From assembly GCF_009914755.1 (NCBI RefSeq), contig NC_060937.1: a stretch of 64,000 nt of DNA, one strand, 5' to 3'. The translations under genes and the position numbers were made by a program. Of this stretch, positions 52,403-64,000 are shown piece by piece. The number at the start of each line of letters is the position of its first letter. Position 1 is the first letter of the stretch. This stretch comes from the human T2T-CHM13v2.0 reference genome, Homo sapiens. The notes under the pieces were generated by a model that did not search any database, had not been told where the DNA came from, and saw only the letters and a list, made by a program, of their open reading frames with translations.

Positions 52403-55400
52403 AGAAAAGCAGGGGTTGCAATCCTAGTTGCTGACAAAACAGACTTTAAACCAACAAAAATCAAAACAGACAAAGAAGAGCATAACATAATGGTAAAAGG
52501 TTGAATTAAATAAGAAGAGCTAACTATCCCACACAGATATGCACCCAATATAGGAGCACCCAGATTCATAAAGCAAATTCTTAGATACTTACAAAGAGAC
52601 TTAGACTCCCATAAAATAATAGTGGGAGATTTTAATGCCCCACTGACAATATTAGACAGATCATTGAGACAGAAAATTAAAAATATATTCAGGACCTGAA
52701 CTCAGGTCTGGGTCAAGTGGATAGATATCTACAGAACTCTCCACCCCAAAACAACAGAATATACATTCTTCTCATTGCCACATGACATTTACTCTAAAAT
52801 TGATCACATAATCGGAAATAAAACACTCCTAAGCAAATGCAGAGGAACTGAAATTACAACAGTCTCTCAGACCACAGTGCAATCAAATTAGAACTCAAGA
52901 TTAAGAAATTCACTCATAAACCACACAACTACATGGAAATGGAATAATCTGCTCCTAAATGACTCTGGGGTGAATAATGAAATTAAAGTAGAAATCAAGA
53001 AGTTATTGGAAACTAATGAGAACAGAGACAACATACCAGAATCTCTGGGATGCAGCTAAAGCAGAGTTAAGAGAGAAATTTATAGCATTGAATGCCCACA
53101 TCAAAAAGCTAGAAAGATCTTAACAACCTAACATCTCAATTAAAAGAACTAGAGAACCAAGAACAAACAAACTCGAAATCTAGCAAAAGACAAGATATAA
53201 CCAAAATCAGAGCTGAACTGGAGGAGATAGAGACACAAAAAACTCTTCAAAAAATAAACAAATCCAGGAGTTTTTTTTGAAAAAATTAAAAAATACATAG
53301 ACTACTAGCTAGACTAATAAAGAAGAAGAATCCAATGAACACGATCAGAAATAAGGGGGGTATTACCACTGACCCCAAGAAATACAAACAACCATCAGAG
53401 AATACTATAAACACCTCTACACACATAAACTAGAAAATCTAGAAGAAATGGATAAATTCCTGGACACATACACCCTTCCAAGACTGAACCAGGAAGAAAT
53501 TGAGTCCCTAAATAGACCAGTAACAAATTCTGAAATTGAGACAGTAGTAAATAGCCTACCAACCAAAAAAAGCCCAGGATCATCCAGATTCACAGCTGAA
53601 TTCTACCAGACGTACAGTGAAGACCTGGGACCATTTCTACTGAAACTATTCCAAACAATTGAAAAGAAGGGACTCCTCTCTGACTCATTCTGTGAGGCTA
53701 GCATTATCCTAATACCAAAACTTGGCAGAGATACAACAACAAAAAAAAACTTCAGGCCAATATCCTTGATGAGCATCGATACAAAAATCTTCAATGAAAT
53801 ACTACAAATTGAATTCAGCAGCACATCAAAAAGCTTATCCACCACGATCAAGTTGGCTTCATCCCTGGGATGCAAGATTGGTTCAACATATGCAAATCAA
53901 TAAATGTGACTCATCATATAAACAGAACTAAAGACAAAAACCACATGATTATCCCAATAGATTTGATAAAATTCAACATTCCTTCATGTTAAAAACTCTC
54001 AGTAAACTAGGTATTGAAAGAACATACCTCAAAATATTAAGAGCCATATATGACAGACTCACAGCCAGTATCATACTGAATGGGCAAAAGCTGGAAGCAT
54101 TCCCCTTGAAAACTGGCAAAAGACAGGGATACCCTCTCTCACCAGTCCTATTCAACATAATATTGGAAGTTCTGGCCAGGGAGATCAGGCAAGAGAAAGA
54201 AATAAAGGGTATTCAAATAGGAAGAGAGGAGTCAAATTATCTTTTTTTGCAGATAACATGATCTTATATCTAGAAAACCCCATCATCTCAGCCCAAAAGC
54301 TTCTTAAGCTGATAAGCAACTTCAGCAAAGTCTTAGGATACAAAATCAATGTGCAAAAATCTCTTGTATTCCTAACACCAACAACAGGCAAGCAGGGAGC
54401 CAAATCATGAATGTACTTCCATTCACAATTACCATGAAGAGAATAAAATATCTAAGAATACAGCTAACTAGGGAAGTGAAGAACCTCTTCAAGAAGAGCT
54501 ACAAACCACTGCTCAAAGAAATCAGAGAGGGCACAAATGGAAAAATATTTCATGCTTATGTATAAGAAAAATCAGTATTGTGAAAATGGCCATACTGCCC
54601 AAAGTAGTTTATACATTCAATGCTATTCTCATTAAACTACCATTGACATTCTTCACAGAATTAGACAAAATGATTTAAAAATTTATGTGGAACCAAAAAA
54701 GAGGCTGAATAGCCAAGAGAATCCTAAACAAAAAGAACAAAGCTGGAGGCATCATGCTACCCAACTTCAAACTATACTGCAAGGCTACAGTAACCAAAAC
54801 AGCATGGTGCTGGTACAAGAACAGACACACAGACCAATGGAAGAGAATAGATAACTCAGAAATAAGATCACACATCTACAACCATCTGATCTTCAGCAAA
54901 TCTGACAAAAACAAGCAATGGGGAAAGGACTTTCTATTTAATAAATGGTGCTGGGACAACTGGCGAGCCATATGCAGAAAATTGAAATTGGACCCCTTCC
55001 TTACAACATGTACAAAAATTAATGTAAGATGGATTAAAGACTTAAATATAAAACCCAGAACTATAAAAATCCTAGAAGAAAATCTAGGAAACACCATTCA
55101 GGACATAGGCATGGGCAAAGATTTCATGATGAAAAGGCCAAAAGCAATTGCAAGAAAAGCAAAAATTGACAAATGCGATCTAATTAAACTAAAGAGCTTC
55201 TGCACAGCCAAATAAACTATAATGAGAGTGAACAGACAGCCTAAAGAATGGAGAAGATTTTTGCAATCTATCCATCTGAGGTCTAATATCCAGAGTCTAA
55301 AAGGAACTTAAACAAATTTACAAGAAAAAACCTAAACAACCCTGTTAAAAAGTGGACAAAGGACATAAATGGACACTTCTCAAAAGAAGACATACATGTG

Positions 55401-56222
55401 GCCAACAAATACGAAAAAAAGCTCCATATCACTGATCATTAGGGAAATGCAAATCAAAACCACAGTGAGATACCGTATCATGCCAGTCAGAACAGCTATT
55501 ATTAAAAAGTCACAAAACAACAGATGCTGGTTAAGGTTGCAGAGAAAAAGGAATGCTTTTCCTTTTTCTTGTTCATTTTCCTTTTTCTTGTTGGTGGGAG
55601 TGTAAATTAGTTCAACCATTGTGGAAGACAGCGTGCAGTTCCTCAGAGATGCAGAGGCAGAAATACCATTTGACCCAGCAATGCCATTACTAGATATATA
55701 CCCAAAGGAATAGAAATCATTCTGTTATAAAGATACCTGCATGTGTATGTTCATTGCAGCACTATTCACAATAGCAAAGACATGGAATCAACCTAAATGC
55801 CCATCAATAATAGACTGGATAAAGAAAATGTGATACACATACACCATGGAATACTATGCAGCCATAAAAAGGAATGAGACCATGTCTTTTGCAGGGACAT
55901 GGATGGAATTGGAAGCCATTATCTTCAGCAAACTAATGCAACAGAAAATCAGACACCACATGTTCTCACTTATAAGTGGGAGCTGAATGATGAGAATGCA
56001 TGGGCACGTGGTTGTGGGGAACAACACACACACTAGGACCTGTAAGTTGGTGCCATGGGGGAAGGGATAGCATCAAGAAGAATAGCTTATGGATTCTGGG
56101 CTTAATACCTAGGTGATGGGATGATCTATGTAGCAAACCACCATGGCATACATTTACCTATGTAACAAACCTGCACATCCTGCACATGTACACCAGAACT
56201 TAAAGTAAAAGTTGAAGAAAAA
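52403..56222 (+). mobile_element. 5'-truncated L1PA (about PA10-13), 3.8 kb, decayed ORF2 (EN part, RT, C-terminus) plus 3' UTR
   Basis: ORF pieces [42 protein letters not shown] and [24 protein letters not shown] are L1 ORF2p; many frameshifts and stops; L1PA-type 3' end. Confidence 0.97.
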
Positions 56223-56449
56223 TACACATATATTGGTAAATTATAAAAAAGGAATAGATCATATAAACAAAATCATTTCTACAGTTTCCTTTGTTGCTTT
56301 ATATTTTTGAACATTTCAAAAAATACATATTACCATTATAATTCTAAAATCATAAAATATTAAAGCACCTCCCACTCCCTCCATATATTTTTAAAAATTT
56401 CCCTCCAACACTCAGTCATGATCAATATATTGGTCTTCAACTGACATTT

Positions 56450-56720
56450 TTTATTTCATGTAGATATTTTTCCATTAAAAATTATTCTTTTAATGATTAC
56501 AAAGGATATGTTATATGTATATGTCACACCTTCTTGGGTCTTTCAGTCCTGATGGATTTTTAGGCTGTGTCTAAATTTTTGGTATTACTAGCAATGCTGT
56601 AGGGAGCATTGTTGGCTCTAGATATACAGGTACATAAGCAATTCTTTCTGTAGGATGAATTATTAGATGGGGGGTTGCCAGAAATGTAAATTTAGTATTT
56701 TAATACCCTGCCTAATTTCC
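56450..56720 (-). mobile_element. Old L1ME fragment
   Basis: tgatggatttttaggctgtgtctaaatttttggtattactagcaatgctg. Confidence 0.6.
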
Positions 56721-57819
56721 GAGGGTTCAACTGATTCTTTAGAGATTTACTAATACCAAGTATTTTAGAAAAAAATATTTTCTTTCTTTCTCATGACATA
56801 GGCCAACTATTGTTAGAATTTGAGAATTAGTTACTGTATTTTTTATTTAGTGTGGTTGTGTTTGGGAAGAACCACTGTATAAAGATAATATGCAATTTTT
56901 ATTTGATGGTTTATCCGAAACACAATATTAGACAGTGTTAAATAGTAGCAGTCCTCTTCTTTGATATTATTTACATAACACACTTTGATATCCTCAATTA
57001 AAAGGGTACGAGGTGAAAGAGAATTTTTGTTTTTTGTTTACCCTCATTTATTTTGGGAATAGTTGTTAATACTTCAGATAACAAGGCAGATTTTTCCCAT
57101 GTATAAATATCTTCTTGGAAATATGGAATATTGGGGAAAATTAGCAGGCACCTTTTTTTGGGAAGAGAAATACTGTTTTTAACATTACTGCTTCACTGAG
57201 CCCATTAACTGCATGAGTTTGTGCACACTCCAAAGTTATGTAACAGATAATTTCGGATTTTGAGTTTGGCTTGGGATACAGAACTACCATAGACTTGTCA
57301 ATTGTAAATAAGTTTTGAATGCGGATTTGACTAGTAGGAGATACAGAGTGTAGACATCAATATAGTAATATAGATGGAAAGATGGATTGTCTATGTAATT
57401 CCTTGATCTTACAAGGGAGAGAATTGAGAAAATGAGCCATTGAGCAACTTACAGAAGTTGTGGGTTAGCGGTAGCGGGGATCATATTAGAACAAGGTGTC
57501 TCAACTCCTACACCAGTGCTCTTGCCACCTACTATGCTGGATTTTGTGGAGAAGGTCTGAGGTCATGGAGTGAATGCTATACAAGGGTACCACAGTGTAA
57601 CAGATGGTTGGTGCTCCCCAGCTTTTTTCTGGTTTCCTGTGAGAAAAAAAATCTTCGTTATTGTTGGCCTCTAGACTTTCTCAAGCTCATTATCTGTTAT
57701 GAACAAGGAGTCATGAGAATAGGTGGATGTAAAAATAGTGGGTCTGATAGTAGTAAAAGTAGCTGATACCTTTTTGGGAGAATTTCTAGTCAAAAAAATA
57801 ACATTTGGCTATAGCAGTG

Positions 57820-58290
57820 TCAGCAGGACCTTCTACAGGTTGCCCATGTGGTGACCCCTGCCACCTGCCCCACCTCTCATGCCACCCACCCATCCAGGCT
57901 TTTATTTCCTCAAATATTTCAACCTTAGTCCAGCCTAGGGGTATTGTACTTGCTATTACTGCTGTTAGCCATCCTTATACATAGCACGGCTTCTGTCTCC
58001 TTGGTGTTCAGATGTTGGCTCCAATGTCACTTCTTCAGAGGTCATGTGTGACCTCCGTATCCAGTAGGGGTGACCATACCTCCTGTCCAGACTTGATGAC
58101 ATTGTCCTCTTTAATTTCCTTTGTCTAATTATCACTGTCTGAAAATATCATTTTAGTTTGTTTGTTCTTTGTCTGCCTTCCCCAAGCAGATTGTAATTCT
58201 GTGAGAACAGATCTTCCTGGTTTGGTTTACTGCTATAGAACAGAGTAGATGCTCAGTGAATTATTATTGAGTGATTGAAAGACTGAATGG
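57820..58290 (+). mobile_element. L2 3' region
   Basis: ggctccaatgtcacttcttcagagg; agattgtaattctgtgagaacag...tagatgctcagtgaattattattgagtgattgaa. Confidence 0.7.
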
Positions 58291-58792
58291 TCCTATGGAA
58301 TACTGCCTTGGTTGAGATATTTTTTCCCCCTATGTGTACTTTTTTGCTATCCAGTTTAATTAAATATGCCTGCTAATATTGGGGCATTTTAAGAAAAAGT
58401 TTTAAAAGCAGGAAGTATTTTGTACCAGGAATTAAGGAAGTGACAAATGTAAGCCAAAATATTTCCATTTCAAAATATTTTCCTGTTGCCAAAATTTCAA
58501 ACATTGAACGGTCCTGCACCCAACCTGTGATAACTAGGGAGAGAAGAGACTTTTCCTGAGAACCTTCCTTGGAAACGCACTCCCCTCTCGCCACTGTAGA
58601 GGCACAGGCAACTTTGCCAACTTTGGCGGGTCCTGAGGTGTGACCCTGGGTCTCTAGGGTATTCAGCAATCTCCTGCTCACATACCCATAGCCTTAGTAG
58701 AATTAAAGGAGAACAAATGTTATCTTTCTGTGTATTTGTTTCGATCACATGAACTTAGTTGCCTGTTTGTGTCCTTGTCAATGTTGTTATCA

Positions 58793-59109
58793 TTTCTTTC
58801 TTTTTTTTTTTTTTCTTTCTTCTGAGATGGAGTCTCACTCACTCTGTTGCCCAGGTTGGAGTACAGTGGCACAATCTCAGCTTACTGGAACCTCTGCTTC
58901 CTGGGTTCAAGTGATTCCCCTGCCTCAGCCTTTCGAGTAGGTGGGATTACAGACATGTGCCATAATGCCCAGCTAATTTTTGTATTTTTAGTAGAGACGA
59001 GGTTTCACCATGTTGGTCAGGCTGGTCGCAAACTCCTGGGCTCAAGTGATCCGCCTGCTTCGGCCTCCCAAAGTGCTAGGATTGCAGGCATGAGTCCCCA
59101 CACCCAGCC
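58793..59109 (-). mobile_element. Alu (old S/J boundary) with TSD
   Basis: Full dimer; TSD aatgttgttatca (58780-58792) / agtgttgttatca (59110-59122). Confidence 0.93.
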
Positions 59110-59149
59110 AGTGTTGTTATCAGTTGTTATCATTTCTATGATTATTATC

Positions 59150-59446
59150 TTTTTTTTTTTTCTTGGAGACAGAGTCTCACTCTGTTGCCCAGGCTGGAGT
59201 GCAGTGGTATGATTTTGGCTCACTCAACCTCCACTTCCTGGGTTCAATTGATTCTCCTGCCTCAGCCTCCCAAGAAACTGGGATTATAGGCATGTGCCAC
59301 TACGCCCAGCTAATTTTTGTATTTTTTGGTAGAGACGGGGTTTCACCATGTTGGCTAGGCTGGTCTCGAACTCCTGACCTCAGGTGATACATCTGCCTTG
59401 GGCTCCCAGAGTACTGAGATTACAGATGTGAGCCCATAATCCAGCA
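59150..59446 (-). mobile_element. AluSx-like SINE with TSD
   Basis: Full dimer; TSD tcatttctatgattattatc (59130-59149) / tcatttctatggttattatc (59447-59466). Confidence 0.93.
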
Positions 59447-60773
59447 TCATTTCTATGGTTATTATCATGGCTATTATTTATTTAGCTGGTGAGATAAACT
59501 TCCAGCCATGGGTCTTCTAGAAACCTGACCACTGTTCATCTGGAGCCAGTCTTGCCTCACCCACCCACTCTGACTCCAAACCATGGCCCACGGCACCTCT
59601 GGAGTTGCCTCACTGGTGTGCACCCCAGTGATAACCCCACGACTACAATGTTCAGCTTGCACTTTCTGGCTTATGTAAATAGATGTTTGCTAGGCTTGTT
59701 GAATCTCAGCTTAGTACTTTTGAGGACTGAATTAGTTGCTCCAATTTTCAGAGCACAGAGCTGTGTATTATCTAAATGTCTTTTATAATATGAGAATATC
59801 CAAAGCCTTTAAATATATTGTTTTCTATTATTGTATTAGATATTTTCTTATTCCAAAAATCTTCATTTTCTTCTCTTCTAGGACAAAAAAAGACAATAAA
59901 GAGGATGCTATTCTCTCATGGAAGTATGGCACCATAGGTAGTTGTCTTTATATTGTGTTTCTGGGAAACTTAAAATTTTACATTCAGGTTGTATGGAACT
60001 CACTGAAATGTCTACACATTACAATGATATACTGCTGCTTTTCTCTCACTTACCCTCCTTTTGTCAAGAAAACACAAAACCTTTTTTAGATATTAACTTT
60101 CAACAACCCCAGAGGATGAGATAAATGGGAACTGGAAAGAAAGTTACAGAAAGGATAGGCAATTTTCTTGCCATCGTAGAGTACACCAGAAGCAGGCAAG
60201 TTCTGTTAATTTCACAATTTCTCTAACCAGAGTCAATTTAGGTATGCCCCACTAACTTAAACACTTACATCAAAAGGAGCTTTTGTCTGACTGGTCAATT
60301 GCTGCCAGACATATTAATAGGAAAATATCTCTAGGGTAAAAATTAAAAGAAAGCTTTTTTGTAGAATTTTTGAAATGTGGTGAGAGAGGAATTGAATTGA
60401 AATACCAGCATCAGGTTTAATGCCTGGGTTTTTTAGTTTTAGCCACGCACACAAGAAAACATGAAGGCGTTATATACGTTAGGCACATAGTAGGTACTTA
60501 ATATATATTTCATTCTTTTGAAAATATCCATGAAAGCCTATTTTCATTGTGGATTATTTAAATGTCTTCAAAAGACAAGTATTATCAGTATATGATGAAT
60601 TTCAGTGTGTGCCTGTCTCAGCAACATCTTCCTAAATAATTAGAGAAAATTAGGAAAATTCTCTGAATCTTATGTGCTTGTAGATCTTGCATGTATGTGT
60701 TCAAATTACATAAATGTAGTCAATTACGTATTTTCAGAGAAAAACAAAATGCATTCCGGTTTGAAAGTTGGAA

Positions 60774-60857
60774 GTCCAGGCACCTTGGCTCATGCCTGTA
60801 ATCCTAGCACTTTGGGTGGCTGAGGTGGGAGGGTCACTTGAAGCTAGGAGTTTGAGG
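60774..60857 (+). mobile_element. Alu 5' fragment (left-arm start only)
   Basis: ggctcatgcctgtaatcctagcactttgggtggctgaggtgggagggtcacttgaagctaggagtttgag, then abrupt loss of similarity. Confidence 0.85.
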
Positions 60858-61743
60858 TTTGAAGATGGGTCTCAAGTGCTAAGTTACTTTCTAGAGTTTA
60901 TGTTATTTTATCCTCTTGGTTGGCTGATACTTTTTTGGGGGGTAAAGTGTGTAAGAATTTGGGGAGCGGGAAGACTAGGGATAGAGGGCACTGAATCATA
61001 GATGTGATATGGGTTTGCTGCTTCAGTGGTTGAAGAATTCTATTATCATACATGGCAGACTCTACATGTTCAAATAATAGTATTTCATTTTTCATTCCTA
61101 GTGACTAGATTAACTATTGAAAATATATTTTCTCTCTCCAGAACCCAAAAAGAGAAGAAATTTTCACCAGCTAAATTTATTAACTTGTAATGCTAAAGCA
61201 GATGGTATGATAGGAAAATATTGATTTTTCTATACTGACAGAGCAGCTGATAACTTATTTTTGGTTTGACTTAATGTATAAACTGTGAGTTAGGTCAAGG
61301 GATTTTTATGCGATTTTGTACTTGCTTATCCTGGAGTTTACAAATCCAAATATTGACTTTAAGAAACCTGAATTAACCCATTGGGGTTTTATAAGATGGC
61401 CCCAGGTTTTCCTTAAAATTTTGGTTCCCTTGTATATGTAGTTTTCATAGAGTTTCTATCATGTAGCCATATAAAGGAAATGATCCAGTGTTGGACTGTG
61501 CCACTGTGGTGTCCACACTTATGACCCTTTTTTGTGGTCCCTGTGTTCCTTTGCTTTTTTCTCTGATTTTGCTGGGGATATATTTTTAACTGTTTGTTTT
61601 GTCCAGTATTAAAGATTCCACTTTGTGCTTGTGAGGTCTCCTTTGTTCCTACCTGTACTATGACAGCTGAGCTGAACACCAAGGGAAGCAAATTCATGTC
61701 TCCTACCCTTTGGCCTATGGCCGACTGCCTCTGTGCAGGACAA

Positions 61744-61816
61744 TTTTTTTTTTTTTTTTTAGATGGAATCTTGTTCTCTTGCCCAGGCTGGAGTGCAGTG
61801 GCACGGTCTCAGCTCA
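61744..61816 (-). mobile_element. Severely 5'-truncated Alu with TSD
   Basis: T-tail plus gcccaggctggagtgcagtggcacggtctcagctca; TSD ctctgtgcaggaca at 61729-61742 and 61817-61830. Confidence 0.9.
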
Positions 61817-62119
61817 CTCTGTGCAGGACATTTTAATGTCAGGGAATGGTGAACCACATTAACAGTGCCTCTTTATAAAAGGAGAGAAAACTAGGAAAAC
61901 TCCTGGAATCAGTTTTGTATGTGGATGTAGCATGTAGGTGTTTAAGGTATGTACATTTAGTCATTTTCAGAGATAGGAAGAATGCATTAACTTTGCAAAT
62001 GGGTCCCAAAGGATATGTTTGGATATTTTGATACTGAAATATTATTACAGAGTATGTGTGTCCTAGATCTCTAGGTCCTTATTTCACTGGTTACATCTAC
62101 CTTGGCTAATGGAGTTCTT

Positions 62120-62400
62120 TACTCTGTTTTTATTGTGAAATATGTATACCTATGAGAAAGTACAGAGAATAATGTAACAGCACCTACATACCCATTCCCT
62201 AGTTTAGGAAATAAAACCTAACAATTACAGTTGAAGGTCTCTGCGGGTCCTCTCAGGTCTCATAACCAGGAAGGAGTTACTAACTTGAATTTGGTGTGAT
62301 CATTTTCTACATGTTTTTATACTTATCCTACATATGCATGTATGTCTAACCAAAAACTTTGTTTTTCATTTTTAGAAACTATATATAAAAGGTGTCATCA
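62120..62400 (-). mobile_element. Old L1ME 3' end
   Basis: tttttattgtgaaatatgtatacctatgagaaagtacagagaataatgtaacagcacc. Confidence 0.6.
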
Positions 62401-62412
62401 TGCATGCTGCCT

Positions 62413-62484
62413 GATATGATAAGGCTTTGTGTCCCCACCCAAATCTCATCTTGATTTGTAATCTCCATAATCCCCATAATCTCA
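62413..62484 (+). mobile_element. THE1/MST LTR 5' fragment
   Basis: tgatatgataaggctttgtgtccccacccaaatctcatcttgatttgtaatctccataatcccc. Confidence 0.8.
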
Positions 62485-62795
62485 TTTGGGGATATGGTGG
62501 ATGGGGGCTGTTGTACAAAGGAATTGCAGCTGCTTACATAGCCCCACGAATCCCCCAAGAGGTAGAATCTCATCTCATCTCTGACCACTACTTCTCTCTT
62601 GGGGAGTAGCCCTGCCATGGTGGTCTGTTTCCCCCAGACTCCTGGAGTTCTAGTCAATTCATCTCATTATAATTTTTTAAAATAAAAGCTTTGTTACTTA
62701 AAAAGTCCTCATTAACTGTATTAGTCTCTAAGGGTAAGCTACCTGTTCCCCAAACTAGTATTTGAAAGTTTACTAAATACCGTGGATGTACATTA

Positions 62796-62838
62796 TTTTT
62801 AATTTTTAATTTTTATGGGTACATAGTAGGTGTATATG
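62796..62838 (-). mobile_element. Tiny L1 (L1MA/PB-type) 3' terminus with TSD
   Basis: tttttaatttttaatttttatgggtacatagtaggtgtatatg; TSD ggatgtacatta / ggatgtgcctta. Confidence 0.7.
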
Positions 62839-64000
62839 GGATGTGCCTTACTGAGGGCCCAGAATTGGTTGGTAGAAATTTAACTGAGTCTGGAGCTGTG
62901 CACATGTAACCATATCGTAACCTGAATATCTCTCCAGTTAGCATAAATGGGAAACCTATAGATTGTAGAAATGTCTGTCTCTAAATTTTAAAAACAGAAA
63001 TCAAGCAGTTTATTATTTATATAAGTAAATGAAGATGATCACTATAACGTTAAGACCAAAATTAAGAATTTGAGATTTAGACCATTCAAATACAACAGAA
63101 TTCTGAGAAAAAGAGAGACGTGCTGCTTAGAATGTGAACTGAGCAGTGACACATCTTTGGTGCCAGCCTGTATGTAGTTGATTTGACAGATTTTATCTGA
63201 TCCCCACCTCTGCCCTCCCACTTCCTCCCTGCTGAGACCCATTTTACCAGAGTGGGAGGGGGTCGTCAAACCACAGGGGTGTTTAGAAATGAAGCAAGGT
63301 TTTGCCATGGGATGAGGATGGTGATAAAGGCAGCTTGCTTTTCGGGCCCTTTATCTCTGTGTTATAGTGTCTGTGTTATAACAGCAGCTTCAAAATATGG
63401 ACCCGTTTTGTCCAACTGGTGACGCTGCATATCAGCAATGTTCTCGAGGAAGCAGGGACTCCCTCCTTGCGATGTGTCATGTGCCTGTGTATGGCTTTCT
63501 GTTCACCCAGTGATTAGTAATTCTTGGTTGTTAATGGGTAACGAGACACAGCTTGGATAGCTTGGAGAGAAAATCATTGGTCATTCCATTAAATTGAATT
63601 CTAGATATGAAATGCCGATGGCAGTGGGTTTATCCAACCTATCATATAAAGAAATGTTGCCTTTCCCATGTGTTACCAGTCAAAATTATTTCTTGGTGAT
63701 ATAAAACTGTGTACTCTTCTATAGTTCTGTGGAAAATGAATATTAAAAAAGACTTAAGGGGAAGCCATAAAGTGGGAGTTTAAATTTTGTTTTTAAGTCT
63801 AAAATGTGAGATTCTTTTGTAGTTTCAATTTCTTTGTTGTTAAAAAAAGCTTTTTTTCTGTTGAATTTTTTCGTTTTTTTTCCCTTTATTTTTTTTTATC
63901 AAAGTAATATATGCTTATTGTAGAAGATTTAGAAAATAGTGCAAGGTAGAATTAATATATAGTGTCACGGTTAGGATATGGGCTATGGAGTAAGGTTTGA

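Noticed and set aside
53448-55605. Long ORFs with reverse-transcriptase-like sequence
   Set aside because: Frameshifted pieces of L1 ORF2p in a 5'-truncated dead element; not a gene or a novel RT system
59882-59937. Strong acceptor cttctcttctag followed by RTKKDNKEDAILSWK-type frame
   Set aside because: Both downstream donors (gaa/gtatgg, tag/gtagtt) are mediocre and the peptide is unrecognised

Overview
AT-rich primate (human-like) genomic DNA, most likely a long intron or an intergenic region. It is dominated by interspersed repeats: about 15 Alu copies or monomers (many with readable target-site duplications), L1PA/L1PB/L1M fragments including a 3.8-kb decayed ORF2 segment, many MIR and L2 relics, MaLR LTRs (MLT1 types, a solo THE1 LTR and a complete two-LTR THE1A element), a MER119-like hAT element and a 7SL RNA retropseudogene. 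I found no CpG island and no protein-coding exon I can assign to a known gene. Nearly all ORFs in the supplied track are repeat-derived or look like chance. I cannot name the host locus, and the sequence does not demonstrate a new biological system. The best leads, all hypotheses, are: a 15-nt candidate neural-type microexon (34055-34069); several other splice-site-bounded + strand candidate exons; a 35-codon signal-peptide-like sORF (41266-41373) next to an NF-kB motif; a 143-bp triplication inside the hAT element with a chimeric middle unit; and an ancient RTE-clade LINE fragment that still reads as RT-region protein. Repeat subfamily names are from recalled consensus sequences, and boundaries of old repeats are approximate.
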